64,000 bases of DNA, taken from positions 160,001 through 224,000 of the forward strand of contig CAVPSJ010000014.1 of the NCBI GenBank assembly GCA_963708295.1. The letters run 5' to 3'. The position numbers were made by a program, and so were the translations under genes. The DNA is from an uncultured delta proteobacterium (GTDB lineage Bacteria > Desulfobacterota > BSN033 > UBA1163). The notes below the pieces were generated by a model. It saw only the letters and a program-made list of their open reading frames with translations. It was not told where the DNA came from and made no database searches. Below are positions 62,269 through 64,000 of the stretch, one piece after another (the first letter of the stretch is position 1; the number at the start of each line of letters is the position of its first letter).

Positions 62269-63897
62269 TTAAAATATGGAGGGTTCTTTAAATTCTCCGT
62301 AGATACCCTTAAAGACCTTCGTCATCTCGCCCACCGTTGCATAGGCCTTACAGCATTCCAGGAGATAGGGCATGACGTTCTTTTCAGCTCTTGCAGCGCT
62401 CTCGAGGTCTTTCAGCAACTGTGAAACCTTTCGATTGTCCCTTTCGCGCTTCACCTCCCGGAGCCGCCGGACTTGCTCTTCTGCAGATCCCAATCGGTAT
62501 TCATGGAGATCAACCTCCATCTCCTCTCCTTCGGTGTATTTGTTTACTCCGACTTTGATCAGCTCTCCCTTTTGGACCCCTTTCTCAAACTCGTAGGCCT
62601 GCCTTGCAACTTCTTTCTGAACGTAGCCGGTCTCTACGGCCTTGATCATCCCTCCCAGGTCATCGACCCGCTTCATTTCCTCAACGATTTTTTCCTCCAT
62701 CTGCTTCGTCAAGGTTTCGATAAAGTAGGAACCCGCCAGAGGATCGACCGTGTCCCTTAACCCGATCTCTTCCATCAGAATCTGGAATGTCCTGAGGGAG
62801 AGGAGGGCTGCCCGGGGGGTTGGAATCGTATAAGCTTCGTCAAAGGAGCACAGGGCCGTCGTTTGAGCGCCCCCTAAAGCCGCCGCCAGGGCATAGCAAG
62901 CACCTCGAATGATATTGTTTTCGGGCTGCGCTTTGGTCATCCCATATCCGCCGCCTCCGAAGATTCCCCGCAAGAGAAGGGAGCGATTGTCCTTGGCCCC
63001 GTAGCGCTCCTTCAGATTGCTTGCCCAGAGTTTCCTTGCCGCGCGGAACTTAGCCACCTGTTCCCAAAGGTTTCCGAAGACATTAAGGTTAAAAGTAAAG
63101 CCCCGGACAAAATCGTCAATGCGATGGCCCCGGCGCAAAACTTCCTCGATATAGGCATTGGCTATCTGGAAGGCGTAGGCAATTTCCTGAGCTGGAGAAC
63201 AACCCGATTCGCGAATGTGATAACCACAAACACTGACAGGGTTGGTTCGGGGGAGTTCCTTCATCGCATATTCGATCGTATCGCCGATGAGCCGCACGGC
63301 GGGTTTTGCTGGAAAGATCCACGCCCCCCGTCCGATCATCTCTTTGAGAATATCATTCTGAGGAGTCGCGCTCACCCGGTCTTTCTTGAATCCGTATTTT
63401 TCGGCGGTCGCCTGGAACATGGCCAGCATGATGCTCGCTACCGCATTGATCGTCAGCCCGGCGCCAATTCGGTCCAGAGGGATGTCCTGGAAAGCGACTT
63501 CAAAGTCTCTCAGCGAATCCACCGCCATCCCCACTCTTCCCACTTCCCCTTCCGCCAGCGGGTCGTCGGAATCGAGACCCATTTGTGTGGGAAGATCGAA
63601 GGCGACATTCAGACCGGTCTGGCCGTGGGAGATCATCAGTTTGAAACGCTCGTTGGTCTCTTCGGGTGTTCCGAAACCCGTATACTGCCGAGTGGTCCAC
63701 TCCCGACTCCGGTACCCGAGAGAATGGATTCCCCGGGTGTAAGGATACTCGCCTGGAAGAGCCAAGTCCTTGTCTGGGTCAAAACCGATCGCTTCTAAGT
63801 CCTTCCTCGTATAGAGAGGCTTGACGTGGATGCCGGACTGGAGGATCACATCCTGAACCTCATCTTTTTCATTTTTTATATATTTTGCAACACCCAT
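62269..63897 (-). CDS. B12-dependent acyl-CoA mutase, large (substrate-binding) subunit
   Basis: PGEYPYTRG, RQYTGFG, AFDLPTQMG, QNDILKE, GYHIRE, DPLAGSY; no B12-binding domain. Confidence 0.92.
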   Translation of the reverse strand: MGVAKYIKNEKDEVQDVILQSGIHVKPLYTRKDLEAIGFDPDKDLALPGEYPYTRGIHSLGYRSREWTTRQYTGFGTPEETNERFKLMISHGQTGLNVAFDLPTQMGLDSDDPLAEGEVGRVGMAVDSLRDFEVAFQDIPLDRIGAGLTINAVASIMLAMFQATAEKYGFKKDRVSATPQNDILKEMIGRGAWIFPAKPAVRLIGDTIEYAMKELPRTNPVSVCGYHIRESGCSPAQEIAYAFQIANAYIEEVLRRGHRIDDFVRGFTFNLNVFGNLWEQVAKFRAARKLWASNLKERYGAKDNRSLLLRGIFGGGGYGMTKAQPENNIIRGACYALAAALGGAQTTALCSFDEAYTIPTPRAALLSLRTFQILMEEIGLRDTVDPLAGSYFIETLTKQMEEKIVEEMKRVDDLGGMIKAVETGYVQKEVARQAYEFEKGVQKGELIKVGVNKYTEGEEMEVDLHEYRLGSAEEQVRRLREVKRERDNRKVSQLLKDLESAARAEKNVMPYLLECCKAYATVGEMTKVFKGIYGEFKEPSIF

Positions 63898-64000
63898 GAT
63901 AGACTCCCAAAATCCGAATATCGAAATTCTGAATAAATCCTCCGATGATGGTTTTGCTCATAGTCGTCTCACCGGTGAAAACCGGTGCCCAGTATTCTCA

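Noticed and set aside
62269-63897. Isobutyryl- or 2-hydroxyisobutyryl-CoA mutase
   Set aside because: Has Tyr (RQY) and Arg (IGRG) at the carboxylate-binding positions, indicating a dicarboxylic acyl-CoA substrate

Overview
A 64 kb fragment, probably from an anaerobic Desulfobacterota/Deltaproteobacteria-type bacterium (inferred from gene content and intergenic repeat families). It is almost entirely catabolic/redox genes, and many genes carry single-base frameshifts that look like long-read indel errors. (1) 1-14.6 kb (+): biotin-dependent carboxylase subunits, CoA transferase A/B, two SDRs, aldehyde:ferredoxin oxidoreductase, acetoin-dehydrogenase-type E1a/E1b/E2/E3, LipB and a nitroreductase. 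(2) 15.5-22.9 kb (+): 4-hydroxybenzoyl-CoA-reductase-like Mo enzyme, epimerase-like VOC protein, saccharopine-dehydrogenase-like protein and class III aminotransferase. (3) 23-34 kb: VapBC-type TA pair, a triple-domain Rid protein, aldo/keto reductase, cyclase plus NMT1/THI5-type ABC transporter, TatD-like and adenine-deaminase-like hydrolases. (4) 34.5-45.9 kb (+): trpB2, aminotransferase, NuoE/NuoF, an FeS-GcvH fusion, and an indolepyruvate oxidoreductase with an inserted GltD-like flavin module. (5) 47.6-63.9 kb (-): B12 mutase, hydantoinase A/B, aryl-acetate-CoA ligase, TRAP transporter and a xanthine-dehydrogenase-family Mo enzyme. Blocks 4 and 5 together resemble an anaerobic indole/tryptophan/indole-3-acetate degradation supercluster. 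An identical 16-bp operator links block 5 to the atypical Hcr-like enzyme of block 2. Also present are two gene-deletion scars, a candidate sigma54-driven microprotein and several MITE/REP-like repeat families. No rRNA, tRNA or CRISPR array was seen.
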